Positions 27,452-50,806 of a stretch of 64,000 nucleotides of DNA are shown one piece after another (the stretch's first letter is position 1; each line of letters begins with the position of its first letter). The stretch comes from Chrysomallon squamiferum (lineage: Eukaryota > Animalia > Mollusca), in contig CM022671.1 in the NCBI GenBank assembly GCA_012295275.1, positions 11,408,001-11,472,000 on the forward strand. Direction: 5' to 3'. A program made the translations under genes and the position numbers. The notes beneath the pieces are model-generated. The model ran no database searches, was not told the origin of the DNA, and saw only the letters and a program-made list of their open reading frames with translations.

Positions 27452-27484
<33 letters not shown>

Positions 27485-30271
27485 CATCATCATCATCATT
27501 TCGTTGCATTTATTTTTACATATAAGGAGTATGCCAGTGAATTACAGTGTGCTAGTTATTAATTACAGTTCACTAATAAATATAAAAACAATTCTTCTCT
27601 TTAGTATCTCAGCTGTATGATCCAAAACGATTTCAGCATTTCATTTTAAGTTCTAAGTAGGATTTATTTATTTGTATGTTTGTTCATTTAAAATAAACTA
27701 TAAATATGCTTCGATTTATTCTTGCTCAGTCAATTATTCTCTACACATTATTTTTGGTCTGATGAAAACATAAACATTTAAAATATCCAATTTTTACCAA
27801 ATCATGTAAACAAATTCTGTATCTCACAGTTTAATGAAATGTATTGAATTATTTATTCTAAATGGAACAAACGTTTATTTCCTTTCGTTTCAGTTTATCA
27901 TGGTAAAATAAAGTCATTGGCCTGTGGTTATTATTGTAAGTTTGGCAGCTTCTTTACAGTTATTTCATTGTGAGACCCATTTTAGGGAACATCAGTTGCA
28001 AGTTCAATAATTTCTAAATTAGAAATGTATGAAATATAAGTAGTTCATTTGTACATACTACCAAAGATGGTTTTTAAACAGATTAATATTGGAACTTTAC
28101 CATTGTAAAGTCCAGGTATCCCTTAATCAATGCAATTAATTAATCCATTGACACTATTGCATGTATAGAAATTGCATAATCAGATATAAAAATTAATGGT
28201 AACTGTTTATTAAGTACAAAGTAATAATTTTAACATTGAATAAAAATGTATCGAGTAATTTTAACTTTTTCTTTCTGTAACTTCTGCGGAAGTACACTGT
28301 CTTTTTCTAAATTGCACAAATATGCAGCAACAATTTAGACTGGATCTGTAGTTTACTTAAAATTTCAACTGCTTGATTTGCCAAAATGGACCTGCTCTCG
28401 AACAATATTAGTCTTGCTTTTGCAGTGTCCTAGTAATAACAAATTTAACATCTAAAGTAATTACTTTATTCATTTTTATTTAATGCTGTTTTCCGTTCCA
28501 GCTTAATTCTTCATTGGTAACTAAATGAAACTTTAAAATGGCTGTACATGGCTTGAAAACAGTTTCATTACAGAAAACTGCAAAATACACACGAAAACAA
28601 ATGTAAAACAAAACGGCTGTATCTATCCTGACCCGATCTGCCCTAGATTGTACTTTTAAACTGTTCATTGCTGACCATTAATTGCCAGCTCCGTCCAAAT
28701 GTAAGCATTTTTTTCAAAATATTTTCAGAATTCTGTATTACAAAGACTATCTTTGAAAGTAAAAAAAAAAATAGCAAAAACAATACAATACCAAATCAGA
28801 GAGCAGCATCTCTACATTTGTCTCACAGAACTATAATGTCTGTGGTAGATCTGGTCAATCAAAATCAGTAAGTAGACAAAACTCAACTGATGGAAATACT
28901 TTCTGTATTTAACTGTTAGGTGGAATAACCTTCCCCTTTGACCACGCCTGCTATGGTCTCCCCTACATGCGAGAAATTTGAAAGTGTGTTAAACAAGGGA
29001 TAACTACAATGATCAGTTAAAGTGGCCCAGTAGTTAAAAATTTGGTTTGGTCCATTATTTAAGTTTCCATATCAGTTTAAGTGAAAGTATTATTGTATAT
29101 AGATAGTCCTCTCACAAATTACGGTTTCAGATTATGAATCTTTTCAATTGTTACGTCTAAACTATTAACTCAAAGGCAACTTTTAAATTAATGACATTGC
29201 TGAGTAAAACACAAGCAAACTTAACTTTCGCATTAGGTGTTTTCTTTGGATCTAGTGGTCGACATATCCATGTATCACAAAAGCACATTAATGATGAAGT
29301 GGAATGATGAAGCTGCTTTTGTTTCTGCTCCACTTGCATGTGTTTTCCAAATCAGCAATGGTTTTAAATATCTCTCTTTAATTCAAAGCATATTTTATAT
29401 ACTTACCAATACCAATATTAACAGCTGTTATTAAAGAACGATTCATCAAATTATTAAAACGATTTCAATCCTTTGAACAGTTTATATTATTTTGGTTTTT
29501 CAATCAGTTTCAGTAAATATTTCAAGTAGTTCACAAAACTCTCTAAATGTTTAACAAAGCATGTTTGTGTTAGAGGATGTGCCTAGTTCTATTATACATG
29601 ACTACACATTTTCTAAAAAAGGATGTACATTGTACATGAGAATTGAAATAAGTATGTCATTACACACAACCAACTGGATGTAAATATAGGGGGGGGTATT
29701 AAATTTAAAAAAAAAAAAAAATTAATAAAATTTCGTTAACTATATCCCTTATTTACACTAATTCAAGTTTATTCGTTTTAATACAGAACAGGTGCACATT
29801 TGCAGTCTGGAATTTGTTTCAGAGCATCTATTTTGATAATGTAAATAACTAACATTACAATAAACTAACATATCCAATATATTATAATACATAAAATAAA
29901 AAATACAATATTTCAAATAACCTGCTGTTTTTGTTTACATAATGTTAAACAAAATGACAAGTTTTTTAATTTGCAAAATGATTTTATTAGGTGCTACAAA
30001 CAATTATACTGATTATGTTTTGTGTTAAATCATTTTAAATAGGTGTTGTGAATTATAATAATCTACAAATGCATCAAATAAGCAAAAATATTATTATTAT
30101 TAAGTAGCTTTGGTCTGTCTACATGACTAACTGAAAGCTGTTACAAAAACTTTTTCAAAATCATAAGGAGTCATTTTTTTCTATCCAACATCAATAAAAA
30201 CAACTACAATAATAAATTGTAACAGTTAATGTTCAATTCTTTATTTCAACAAAACTAAATAAATTTGAGTC

Positions 30272-30316
<45 letters not shown>

Positions 30317-30329
30317 GTGGTTAGTAATT

Positions 30330-30680
30330 CTGCATGGAGTATAATGTTAGACAGTAGGAAAGGAAGAAGAGATACTTCAGAAAACAGATGAGAATGTTCA
30401 AGAGGTGCAATACTGAAAAAGTAAAGAGTATGGACATTGGGAAGTAGCTAGGAGTAAACAGTAAAAGAGATGAGACTATGCTGGTATGGACTCATGCAGA
30501 GAATGGATTAAAACAACACAGTGAGAGCAATTTCTGACAAAGTTGTGTTGAGGAAAACACCAAGGAGGAGATGGAGTGATTGTGTCTGAAGGGACATGCA
30601 GGAGCTGCAGATCGTGCTGGAAGATGTCCAAGACAGAACATTCTGGAGGTCATGTGTGAAAAGTCAATGAAGAAGAATTT
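30330..30680 (+). mobile_element. Decayed 3' fragment of an RTE-clade LINE
   Basis: It translates with breaks to MRLCWYGLMQRM ... PRRRWSDCV*RDMQELQIVLEDVQDRTFWRSCV, matching the RLRWYGHV / RPRxRW / DRxxWR motifs of RTE ORF C-termini. It ends in GAAGAAGAA. Confidence 0.75.
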
Positions 30681-32510
30681 GATCAATAGTTTTTATAATT
30701 GTTTCCCATTTTTTTAAAAGTATAACATAAATAATTTTTAAAGGGTGAACAAATATGCATACAATACTGCTAATACAATTTTAAAACATAAAAACACACC
30801 AAACCAAAAAAATATTAAACTGCCTAACATTCATTTAAGTATTTTGACAAATTACTGTACATCTAAAAACAAAAATACATTACTTTTAGCTACTACACAA
30901 CACTAGAACTACAAAAACGTTATGGACACCCAAAAGATAATGAAGACAGACGTTTAAATTCTCCAAAAAGCAACAATCTATTACTAAATTTTAAAATTTT
31001 CTTTATTTTGGTTTCTGCATATCCGACTTGCAAAAGCTTAATATTTTCAGCATATTTAAAGAACAGAAAATTTTCATTTAGTAAAAATTCAAACTACTGA
31101 TGAAACGTTTCACACAGTCTTAGTCGTAAGTAGTATTGTTTTAAAATTATCATTAACTGTTAAAATATCCTAGCTGAAAAGTTGTAAATGCCACCATCAA
31201 TTCTTACAAAATATAGGCATAAACCTAATAATTTACATATAAAATTTAAACTTTAATTTGGTCTTTTATCACCAAACACATCTGTCACTAATATTCTTCA
31301 TCATTATTTGAATTTTTATAGATGTTCAAATTATATTAAGTACAATATTGATGAAATTAAGCATAATTGTGAATTCCCTTTATATGTCTGATGGCCAGAT
31401 ATGAAATATTACAATGCATATTTATAATTTTCATTTCTTTAAGCAATTTCAAGTTAATCCAAATTTCAGATCCTGTCTTAAATGTATCATTTAAATATAT
31501 GCATTTCATCTCCACTTTTGGCAATTTTTTTCTATTATATTTTAATATGAAACACAAAAAGAAAACTACCACCATTGATTCTTTTACTGAAATGAAAACT
31601 TTTATTTATTTTATTTTAATAATTAAATTACAAGTTCATTCTAATGTAGTATACAGTTTTATTAGACTGTGTCTCAATATCCTTAGCTACATTAAATTTA
31701 AAATACTTAGTTTCAGCTCTTACTCTAATCTTTTGCTGTAAATCAAAGTTGTTATTCCTACGAACTATTATTACTGACAGCACTGAACACTATTTCAGCA
31801 GTTTTAAATAATTCAAGTATAAACTGATAGGCAAGGCACATAAATGTAAGATAAATACACTATGCCAAAAATAATGAATTATGAGGATGGTTTAAAAGGG
31901 AAATAGAACAGGTACTAAATTTAGTTTTAAAATACAGAATACATATGAATGCAGTTTTGTACAAAAAGATCTATCAGTGGAATGATTAGCCAAACATACT
32001 GTGCAGAAAGGAAAAAATGTTGCTTTTAATGTTGGTACACAGTATAATTAAATCTATAAATATTACCTTTTTCAATGCTTTGATATATGTCTGACACAAA
32101 AATGAATTTACGTGTAGATTATTTTATTACATTATCTTGAAATTGTTTTCTCAAATATTCTGTAAATCATGAAGTTTCAAAACCCCTAAAATCAGTCTAA
32201 AGATTGTGCTGAAAATTAAACTATCAATTATTTTATTTGAACAGCACATTAACCATCTGACTTCCAATATTAATGACTACCAGTTTTTAGTTTTGTTCAA
32301 TAACCATTTTCTCAATTTCATGATTTACAGATTTCTTTCAAGAAAATACTTCCCCTCCCCATTTCATAATTATCATTCACTGCAAGGCTTAAGTTTCTTG
32401 TAAGGCATAAATATTATCATATATAACATCACTTTATATATGATGATGCATAAATTCCCAAGTATGATGTGTAAAAATCAAAAGCTAGCATGAATAGTGA
32501 ACCTCAGTCT

Positions 32511-40607
<8,097 letters not shown>

Positions 40608-41959
40608 TTAAAAAAATAAATAACTGAAATTAATGTTAGGCTATATCAATTTTTGTTTCTTATTACAAGTTATTTTATATCAGATTACAATATTCAATCA
40701 TCAAATAATCTTTAAATAGGTATTGGCAGGCAAATTTTGGCTGACTTTAATTTCACATTATATGCAAAACAATTAGCACATAATGAAAGCTGTAGCAAAA
40801 AGAATGAAATGCACAAAGCATAATGACTATCTCCAGCAGTTCAGAAGATATATGCAAATCGGTATGACAGGTATTTGGTTGGTTTTCAGCCCTATTTTGG
40901 CTACTTAGCAGAAAGGGCAACTTTGGCCAACTGTAGTTTGAAAAGTTACTGACAAAAAAGGCTGAAAATCAACAAGAGTGATGGGACCAACGTGCTAAAT
41001 GAGCTCACTTATTTTTAGACTTGTATGTTTGTATGTGTGTTCACAATAACATGCTAAACATGCCAAAATCGTGAAAATGACACACAGCAGAATGAATAGA
41101 AGTTCAAATAGACACCGTGGTATCAGTTTTTGTCTTATTTGACAAATTCAACTTGTGTTGTGAACAATTTATCAAGGTCTTTCAAACGACATACTTGAAT
41201 TTAACATTTTTAATATGCCAAGCCCATAAAAAAAAAAAAAAAAAAATTACCTTTTCAATTTATATAGAACAGCACAACTTTATTTACATAAGCAGCTTAA
41301 ATTTTCACTCTATTAAATAACTGGTAGTAATAAGATGCTGTGATGTGTATATATATATAGATAAATGTTACTTAAAAGGTCTTTAATGTTTAACTATTTA
41401 TGTTTAACCATAATCCTTTGCAATACATAAACTCACCAGAAAGGTGTTGCAGGTATTAATTTGGGGCAATATAACGTATGTATTCATGAGACTAAAGTCA
41501 ATTAAAGACACAGGTGTTATAAGTGTCCTCTGAAGCAAACAAAAGTTACCTATCATCTGACCATATTGACATTTTTTCTTACAAAGCTTATCAACAAGCA
41601 AAAATAATGTTTTAAAACTGATCAATTTATGATTTTATATTTTCAAAAAAAGTGATTAGATTTTTATTCATCATTTCATCAGTACCTCTGAATACATTGT
41701 TCTATTACGTAGTACAGTTTGGTATGTTTACTATTCTTAATTTGCCATTTATTGAAAGAATTTTGAAAGCAAAATAATTAACGGTTTTAAACGGAAGACA
41801 GTAATCGGCAAAAAAATATTAATTTGTTTATTTCAGAACGTGATTTTGCTATGCACATGCTATAATGTATATGCTAAAAGTAGGAACAATGAAGAAAAAC
41901 ATACAGCCAACAAGTTATTAAAAATATAAACAACATATAAATATAATCATTTAAAACGC

Positions 41960-43690
41960 ACCAGACCTTTCTAGCTGTATATAAAATCTACTCTGATTTC
42001 GTTCTGTAGAAAACAATGTTAATGGCCATTTTGCTACTTTCACAGGCAGAACTTCTTTTCACCAAAGAACACACTGTGGTGTCGCACATTGTTTGAAAGG
42101 TAATTGAATGATCTTTCATTTGATCCTGTGAACATAGGTTTTATTTTCAGCTATTTGTTCTCAAAACTGGTGTGAAGGCATGAAGAAGAAGTACATTTTT
42201 GGACACAACTTTTGATATAACCCATTGCCAGCGACGACGTGCACATGGTTAGAAAGATTCAACTTTGAACTTCCTATCTGTGCTAAAAATAACACTGAAG
42301 CCATTATGGTGAAAACAAGTCAGGCATTTGTAGAGGGATCCTATTTTAGGACTTTTTTGCTGACCATGGGTGCCAAAGTGCGTTTACCCCCACCACGTAC
42401 AAATAACTGATTTAACATACAACACCACCACCACCACCACCATTTAAAGGAGCACATAATGATCTTTAGTTACATATATTTGTTTTTTTATGGTAGGATT
42501 TATAGAAGGGATTTGGGAGTGGAGGAACATGGACAAAAATCTGAACTTTCAACAGCTTCAACCAATTATATCGGCTAGGCTGCCAGTTCCTACTTTAAAC
42601 AATGTTTTGTTAGTAAATATTTTTGTTTTAATATTTTCTGTTGAGGACGAGAATCACACACAAAACAAATGTAAACTGGACTGGTCAAAAGCAAAACATC
42701 ATTTATGATAGTTTATCTTACATCATAATGTGAAGTAGAAACAATGTTTAACTTTATGTTTGACCAAATTTCTTCAATACTAATAAATGGCTGAAATTCA
42801 GAATTATTTGATGAACATGCCTAATACAAAAGAATTTATTGTTTGAATGAAATGGCAAAATTATTCAAGAAAACCGGTATAAAGTATGACAACTGTAGAT
42901 GGCTTAAATATACCAAAATGTAAACTACTGTCAGATGGTTTACATATACATTTTACTTCATAAAATTTTAATTAAAATAATTTAAAATATTTGAAACCGT
43001 TTCCTAACCATAGTAATTACGTGTAAAAATAAGGATGTTAATAACTTATTTTCAGTTAGCACAGTAATTGTCTTTATTTACTTACTTTTTAAAATCCCAC
43101 AAAAGTACGTGGCAAATTATTTTAATAAAGATCCGACTGAATTTGTTGTTTAATGTTTTGCTTCAGTATTTCACATTCAATTCAGTATTATAAATCTGGA
43201 TGCAAATGGGGTGACGTCATGAGTCATCATAAAACATGGTAAAAATTTTAAATGGCTAAGTATACATTCACTTCTTCAGTTCAGGTCCTTCCTAACATTT
43301 TGATTTAGTATTTATACGCGCAATTATGAAATTCTGAATAACAATCTACATTAATTTTTTCCTAAACTGGAATTGAACGAACGGGAAGTGAATAGAGGGT
43401 CATTACCATAAAAGGCGTTAGCGCTCATTAATCTAAAAAACTACACATTTAACATGTCAAAATGCATATAAAAATAATCTAATGCTTAATATGTTAATAA
43501 GATAAACAGTTAAAACTGTATGAAACTCACTAAAAGATGGCCGTTTACCAAAATAATACCAGTTCCTGCGTTTTGGGCGTCAAATACGATCCAAGAATTC
43601 AATCAATGGTCAACCACACCTCAATTGGTATCTAGAGGGGGATCCAGCAATTGCGAACGGAATTTATGACGTATTTCCTGTTTCTGATAC
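41960..43690. promoter_or_regulatory. Regulatory region between the divergent Rho and ankyrin/SOCS genes: candidate Rho 5'-UTR exon donors (41966, 43530), YY1-like motifs (~42025, ~43535), CRE+AP-1 (43212-43226), ETS-like GGAAGTG (~43384)
   Basis: Motifs read directly from the sequence, with raised CpG content around 43.3-43.7 kb. The Rho coding exon has an acceptor at 40604, so an upstream non-coding exon is required. Confidence 0.45.
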
Positions 43691-44797
43691 TAAATGCATA
43701 ACTGCCCAAATAAATTGGTTTTGTCTTAAATGAACTGCTGTTGCTTATACAACTATTATACTGGTATTATTGTAATACTAATACAACAACATCATAAAAC
43801 CAAAAAGATAATAATAAAATAATAGTAATAAATATTAACATTAATACTAAACCATGCAAGATTCATTTATCTCTTTCAGTTTGTTTTATTTTGATTATAA
43901 TAATAAAATGTAGCTACATACAGTTTTTAATCTTTATTTGTTTGGTAGTTGTTGTTTTTGTTTTTTTAGGGTGATTTTTGAATATAACTTTTGAAAAATA
44001 AAATTATAAGAAAAAAGACATAAAAATGTAATAAAAGTAAGAAGTTCAACATTAAAATAAAATTTAGTTTTTTTTTCTAATTCGTAGGGTTTTCTATTAG
44101 TATCATTCAAAAATTATTTGCAGTTGCTTCCCTTCTATCATCTATGGGTATATTTTTTACGTTTCTGTTACTGTTCGCGTTTCACGTTTGACTGATACCA
44201 GTTGCAACAGGGTTTGGAAGAAGAAGAAAACAATGCATATCTTGACTTTCAGTTGTAAACGTTATAATTTTATTATTCAACAATAATGTTAAAAGACAAG
44301 TTTTTAAATTTGTCTTTCGATATCTTAGACAACGACAATACCGTGACTATGAATACTAGGGAATACTCCGAATAGGAATACAGAATAGATTCAATAGGCA
44401 GTTATAGTGAATAGTCAGTATACGCATTCTGAGACAGAGTGAAATTGTATTAAATAACTGTTTTAGTGATCTCGGATTGGAGCAAAGATATAAACTGATA
44501 AATTCCAAGATTATTATTGTTATGGTAATCTATATTCTTACTACAAATGTTGATAAAAAAAACATAATATAAAACTTTAAAACTTCCAAAAACTCAACCT
44601 ATTCCCCCCCCCCAACATTAACAGTATACCTCACAGGCATCTATCATTCTATGGTATTGCAATAAGTTGAATAACCAGTGTACATATCATAAGGGTTCCA
44701 TGTAACCAAAACAATTTAATGAGTAGGCCAATATATTTTTGAAACAAATACGGCTTTTTATTATGTTACATTTTTTCATTTTATCAAATTTTGAAAC

Positions 44798-44829
<32 letters not shown>

Positions 44830-44848
44830 TGTGTTATTTTCAGACCTG

Positions 44849-47800
44849 ATGGAGCCAGAACAACTGTTATGGGAAGCTGTAAGATCTAATGATATCCAGA
44901 CAACTAAACTATTGTTGAAATGTGGCTGCAGGAGGTCTAGTTCTTTAACTGATCGCAATATTAATAGCAGTGAATGTTTTACTAGCTGTGCTTTTTCTGT
45001 AAATTCAGATACTCAGTTGGGTGGTTGTGGTTGCACATCTGTTTTGGTAAATAAAAGTGAAAATGGGCTGTGTTCTTTCCATCTGGCAGTTATTAATAAC
45101 AATATTGAAATGCTTATATTGTTAGTCGAGAATGGAGCCATTTTGTGTCCATGTTCTTTCACTGCAGTTTGTGGTCTGGACAGTGATAATCTGAATTTCT
45201 TAGAAGAATTTGGACCATCTATTTCTCCACTGACATTGGCTGTTGCCTTTGGTGATTCCAAAATGGTTAAATATGTTTTCCAGATACATCAAAGTTTGGA
45301 TCTCACAGCTTTACAGTTAGCATGCAAGTTATCTGATTTAGAAAATGTTAAAGTATTACTTACAGAAAATAGAAAATATACTGACATAAATTCAAGAACA
45401 GACAAGACCGGTTTAGCTGTCTGCAGTTCACCTTTATTGTATGCTGCAAAATCAAACAGTGGCACTGAAGTTATAAAATTATTACTTGAGCATGGTTCTG
45501 ATGTGACTGTAAAGGATTCTGAAGGTAATACTCCTCTGCACCTGGCTGCAATGTGTGGTTCTGAAACAACAGTGCAGTTGTTACTGACTCAGCTGTATCA
45601 GGTTAAAGCATCCCCTTGCACATTGAATATGAGAGACAAATCTCCTTTCCATTTGGCCTGCAAATTTGGTTTCTGTAGCATTCTAAGGCTTCTGTTGTTG
45701 CATAAATGTTCCATTAATTGTGATTTGACAGCTAAACAAGACCTTCTTCATGAAGCTGCAAAGTATTCCCAGACCAATACTATTAGACTTCTCTTAGAAA
45801 ATGGATTCAGTGTAAATCAGTTTGACAGTTTTGGTAGGTTTGTTTGATTACAGGGAATAACAGAAATAATAGGTAATAAAAATATGTATAATAATTATAA
45901 ATTTATTCCTATTAAAATTGTAAATTTTAAACATTTTGCATCAAGCTTGTTCGATTCTGACATTTAAACCATACTGCAGTAATAGGTAATAGACAAAGAA
46001 AAATTAAATAAGTTACTAGAAAATATATATTTAGTTTTGCACTTAAGTGAATGGGATTTGTTAACCTGATCACTTAGTGATAACAATAGTTTTTCCACAA
46101 GGAACATATAAAGTAATTTCTAGATTAAGCATTAACCATTTGAGATTTATCTGTATTAATTCTTTTTAAAAATTACTGTATATAAAACTTTCTTTTTTTA
46201 AAAATGAAATGATTGACTTTAGATTTTGAATTTTCTTGCTTGGTTGGTTATTTCAGCTAAGACTGCTCTGTTTGAGGCTGTAAAAGCTAATAATTTAGAA
46301 GTAGTGGAAGTCCTGCTGAATGCAAATGCAGATCCTAACATTCCTCGTGCACCATATGAGAGTCCCATTCTTTATGCAGCAGAACACAGCTCACCACAAA
46401 TAGTGGAAGCTTTACTCAGGGGTATTTTAATCAAATTAAATCTTTTAACTATTTCAAACATCCTTAAATTAAGTTAATTTTGAAGTAAAACTTTCTTACA
46501 ATACTGGAGTCTTTGATAAGGACCATGTTGTTGTGTTAGAATAGAAGTTAAAGAGAAATGAGTGTTTAAACCTTTTGAACACTGATTTCCTGGTTCTGAC
46601 TAATTGTGGTTAAATCTAAATAGGTATTTAGAAGGCTCTTGTAACAAATTATATGTGCAAAAAAGCAATATCTTAGGTAAAGGCCTGGTTATACAATATC
46701 AGTTGATCTTGAAGATCTCAGTTGTTTTGTCTGTGATGTAAATCATGATACTTTCTACATGCATATTTCAGAAGGTGCTGATGTTAATACCACAGATGTG
46801 GTGGGTGTCACACCACTTATATATGCAGCCAAAAGGTGTGCAAACAGGAGAAGCTCTCATAGGGAAGGTAACCTAAGCATGTTTGTAAATATAAGTAACA
46901 AATGGAGGGCTTACTGGCCTTTTTGTTATTTTCTAAAAAAATTATTTACTGATACATGTTATACTTGCAAGTATCATACATATTTTAATGACATTTCAAT
47001 GATAAAGTTACTGTTTGAATTTTAAAACAGATATTACAGCTCTGTTGTTGCAATATGGAGCAGACATGACACACAAATATCTTCATACACATACTGCACT
47101 CAGTGTAGCTGTTGCTTGTGGCAATGTTGAGTGTGCTAGAATTCTTATAGAGGCTGGGGCTGATATTGAGAATGGAACCAAGTCTGGGAAGCTGGTACTG
47201 CTTCATTTAGCAAAGAACAGAGGTAAATACATTTCTTCTGTATGTTTTTATTATTCTTTACCTGATATTTTAAAAAAAATGAATAATTTCTTCTTTATTG
47301 TATTTGAAAAATAATGTGATAAGCTTATACATATCTTTTTTTTTTTTAAACTTTATAATTTTTCTTTTCATTCTGTAAGTACTTATAAGTACTGACATTC
47401 ATAATAAAAAAATAACAAACTTATTATTATAATCACCTCTGAAAAACACTAATATAAAAGTCATTCAGTGTTACTATTTAAAAATTTAAATGTATTTTCA
47501 GCAGTGAAGTCAAAGATTCAGCTAATGTGCTAAATGTGAACCAGTTACATTTGTATGTGTGGTTCCTGTTTGGAATGTACTTTCAAGTTTATCAAAATTA
47601 TTACCTAGAAATTCAGCCATTAGGATGTAGATGGTGAAAAATTAGAATGTGAAGAGTCTTGGATAACATAATTTAATATTACATAGATGATGTTTGTGCT
47701 TTAATTTATATTTGACATGATATTTCCCAGTTTATGTAATATTTTATATTACACTATATATTACACATAAATTGAAAAGTATTATTGTTAAAATGTTCTT

Positions 47801-48823
47801 TGCGATATATATAAACATTTTTAAAATCAAACATTGCAGAATGTGCAGAATTATTGCTGAAAAATGGTTTGCCTGTTGACTATCAGAATTCATGGAACAA
47901 AACTGCACTAGCGAATGCTTGTCAAGAAGACAACATTGAGATGGCTCATTTGCTGATGGAGTATGGAGCTGATGTCAGTAAGATGACAAAGGATGGAGCC
48001 AGCCCACTTTTCTTTGCTGTTAGTAATGGTGAGATGCAGATTAAAAAAAACAGAATTTAATTAAACATAGTTTATTAAAAATCACAGAACAGTTTATTTA
48101 CTGACATTTAGCATAGGTCAGAAATTAAACTGTGTACACAGTAATTGATGTCTTTTAATATTTTCCAGTTTTACCTATTAGTGTTAATGAGAAATGTAGT
48201 TCTCAAGAAACAAAAAAAGTTAAATAATAAAACTTTTATGTTCTTAGCATTTTCAGCACAGAACTCATTGAAATTATATTTTATCAAATTTCTTTTTTTT
48301 TTTAAAGTTAAAGTTTGTTATTAAATGTTAAGATGTGAAAACCTTTCCAGTTTTCCACTATATTGCAGATTCGATTCTCTTGGTACGAGATATAATAATG
48401 GCTGGTGCATGCAACGTGAATGACCGTGTACTGGTGTACTTCAGAAGCATGTTAGAATTAGCACTCTTTTTGAAGGCCAGTTTTCAAATATGTCAATTAC
48501 TCCACCTCGCTGGGGCTGTCGTCACAGCAACGTTTCCTAGTACATGTATCCTGCACGACTGCTCACAGTATCTTCAGTTCACAGCAACAACAGTTCCTAG
48601 AGATGCCTGGCACTGCAAACTGTGGGCCAAATTCAGGACAAAAGAAAGTTTAAGTCAGTGGGATGGACTGGAGGATCAGGTCAAGGTTCATTCAAAAATG
48701 TTGACACTGGAAGAGACGTGCTGCCATATGCTGAGAAAATATCTCAACTTTGACAAAGAAGCAATGTTATCACTACCTCTTCCACAATCAGTAATCCAGA
48801 AATTAACAATGGAAATATTTTAA
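44849..48823 (+). CDS. Ankyrin repeat and SOCS box protein (ASB-like), paralog A; exons 44849-45833, 46257-46421, 46772-46867, 47031-47222, 47840-48028, 48369-48823
   Basis: Multiple ankyrin repeats (GNTPLHLAAMCG, KSPFHLACKFG, KTALFEAV, GVTPLIYAA, GASPLFFAV) and a C-terminal TLEETCCHMLRKYL...LSLPLPQSVIQKL SOCS-box pattern. All five introns are phase 1, GT-AG. Confidence 0.88.
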
Positions 48824-49662
48824 ATACTGTTTATTTAGCTGCTGTTCTAAAAGTACTAAACAGATATTTATAGTAAAAAGATATTCATGTTCAATTTAAA
48901 CTTTATACTCAAAATGTCTAAACGTACCAAACAACATTGTGAAGAAATTCTTGTATCAGTTCCGGAACAACAAATCATTTTTAACTCTAGGCAAATCAAA
49001 GTAAATTTAAAAAGTAACAAAATGTTCAAATCTGTTCTATAGTTTCCAGTTAGGGCAATTTGATTTTTAAACATTGACTTTATTATGTTTGTTTTGACAA
49101 ATATTAAAAATATAAAATAAAATGGCAACAGCAGCTTTCTTTCATTTCATGTGTCTGTTCCTGTGCGTGTGTGTGCATACAGGCATACATACATATATAT
49201 ATATAATTGTGTGTGTTGGTTTATCAGATGTAAAAAAATGTATAAAATATTAAAAATACTTGCATCAGATGTAAAATAATTTTTATTTAAATAAACATTT
49301 AGGCACAGTGGTTGTCATTTCAGTTAAGGCACATAATGATTTTCAGGTGGCATGTGCCGTAACAAATAAAATTAAACAAAAGTTTGAATTTTCAGTCTTT
49401 AAGAGCATCTAGTTATGTATTAACAAGAAGCAATAACGATTCAGGAGTAATGACAATGAAAATTCTGTCTACAATAGTACAAATGATGTACATATGAATG
49501 AAATAATGCAAAAGAAATAAGGGTAATGCAAAAGTTGCCAATGAGTATAAATAATGTTATTTTCTCCTCAAACCAATGAAACAGTAGATAATGTTTACTT
49601 AATATTGTAAATCATACAACCATGTTACTCTGAATATATTGTAGATTATTTACCTAGCAAAC

Positions 49663-49693
<31 letters not shown>

Positions 49694-50687
49694 CTAAAGC
49701 TGGTTTTATGAATGGTCTGGTACCTCTGTACCGGTTAACAATAAGGCATAGCAATGGACAATGACAACAAAGTTAATAATCCTGTTTAATAATAACTATA
49801 AATGTCAAGGGATGAATTAACGTACCAAAAAAAATGTTGGTATTAAAATATAATTTCTATATGATTTACAACAGCATTGTATCAGCATTTCAATTACCGG
49901 TATTTTTTATGGTGGGAATATGGAAATGGAGTGTAATCCTGAAAACAGGATGGTTTGGGTTTTTTTTTTTTTTTTTTTTTCATATTACCAATTAATTAAA
50001 CAATAGCTTTCTTTCAAAGAATAATTAACAACAATATTACAAAATATATCATATTCTGTTACGACAGCATTACACTTTTCTCCAAAAATAATGAAAATCA
50101 AAATAAATTCATATATTTGGAATTTTAACATTCTTACACAAATACAATTAATACAACACAAATATATTTTAACATTTTAATTATTTTACCAAATATACTT
50201 ATTATATTAATTTAAATTATTAATAGATACCATAAAGATACCAGAAAGTTGTTGTTGAAAATAATTTACATGATCTTAAAATAATCTACATCTGTAGATC
50301 AAAATAATAAATTGTACTGATAAATTTATAAGTATTTATTTGAGAATTAAACTCCCATTAATATTCATAATTTTTGCAACTTCAGTCAAAATCATAAAGT
50401 TAAATTATTGTTTTATTTGAGAATTAAAATCTTCATTTTTAAATTAGTTATTTAAACTGTACAAAATCCACTTCCATCTCCAAAAAAATAATAATATAAA
50501 AATATTTGCACAATAAAATTATCACAACTTAATTTGTGCTTCATTACTAACGTATTAAGCAAAATCTTAAATCAAGACAATCTTTTTTCAAAATAAAATG
50601 GTTTTCTACTTACAAAGTTTTAAACAGTAACACTGTTGAGAAATAAGGCATCAATATAGATATTAGCTACTTGAAGTAACTTGTATA

Positions 50688-50806
50688 AATTTAAAAAAAT
50701 TATCATCATCAGCAAATTAACTGAATACAAAACATGACTTAGTCATCCAATTAAACAAAATATAAATATGGTTTTAACAAGCTTACATTTTGAAATGGTT
50801 AAAAAT
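50688..50806. repeat. ~120-bp repeat, inverted copy of 53102-53222
   Basis: CAGCAAATTAACTGAATACAAAACATGACTTAGTCATCCAATTAAACAAAATATAAATATGGTTTTAACA is nearly the exact reverse complement of ~53129-53199, and similarity extends on both sides. Confidence 0.88.

Noticed and set aside
28232-28487. Possible small TIR element (ATTGAATAAAAATG ... CATTTTTATTTAAT)
   Set aside because: The inverted match is AT-rich and short with no clear TSD; cannot be distinguished from chance.
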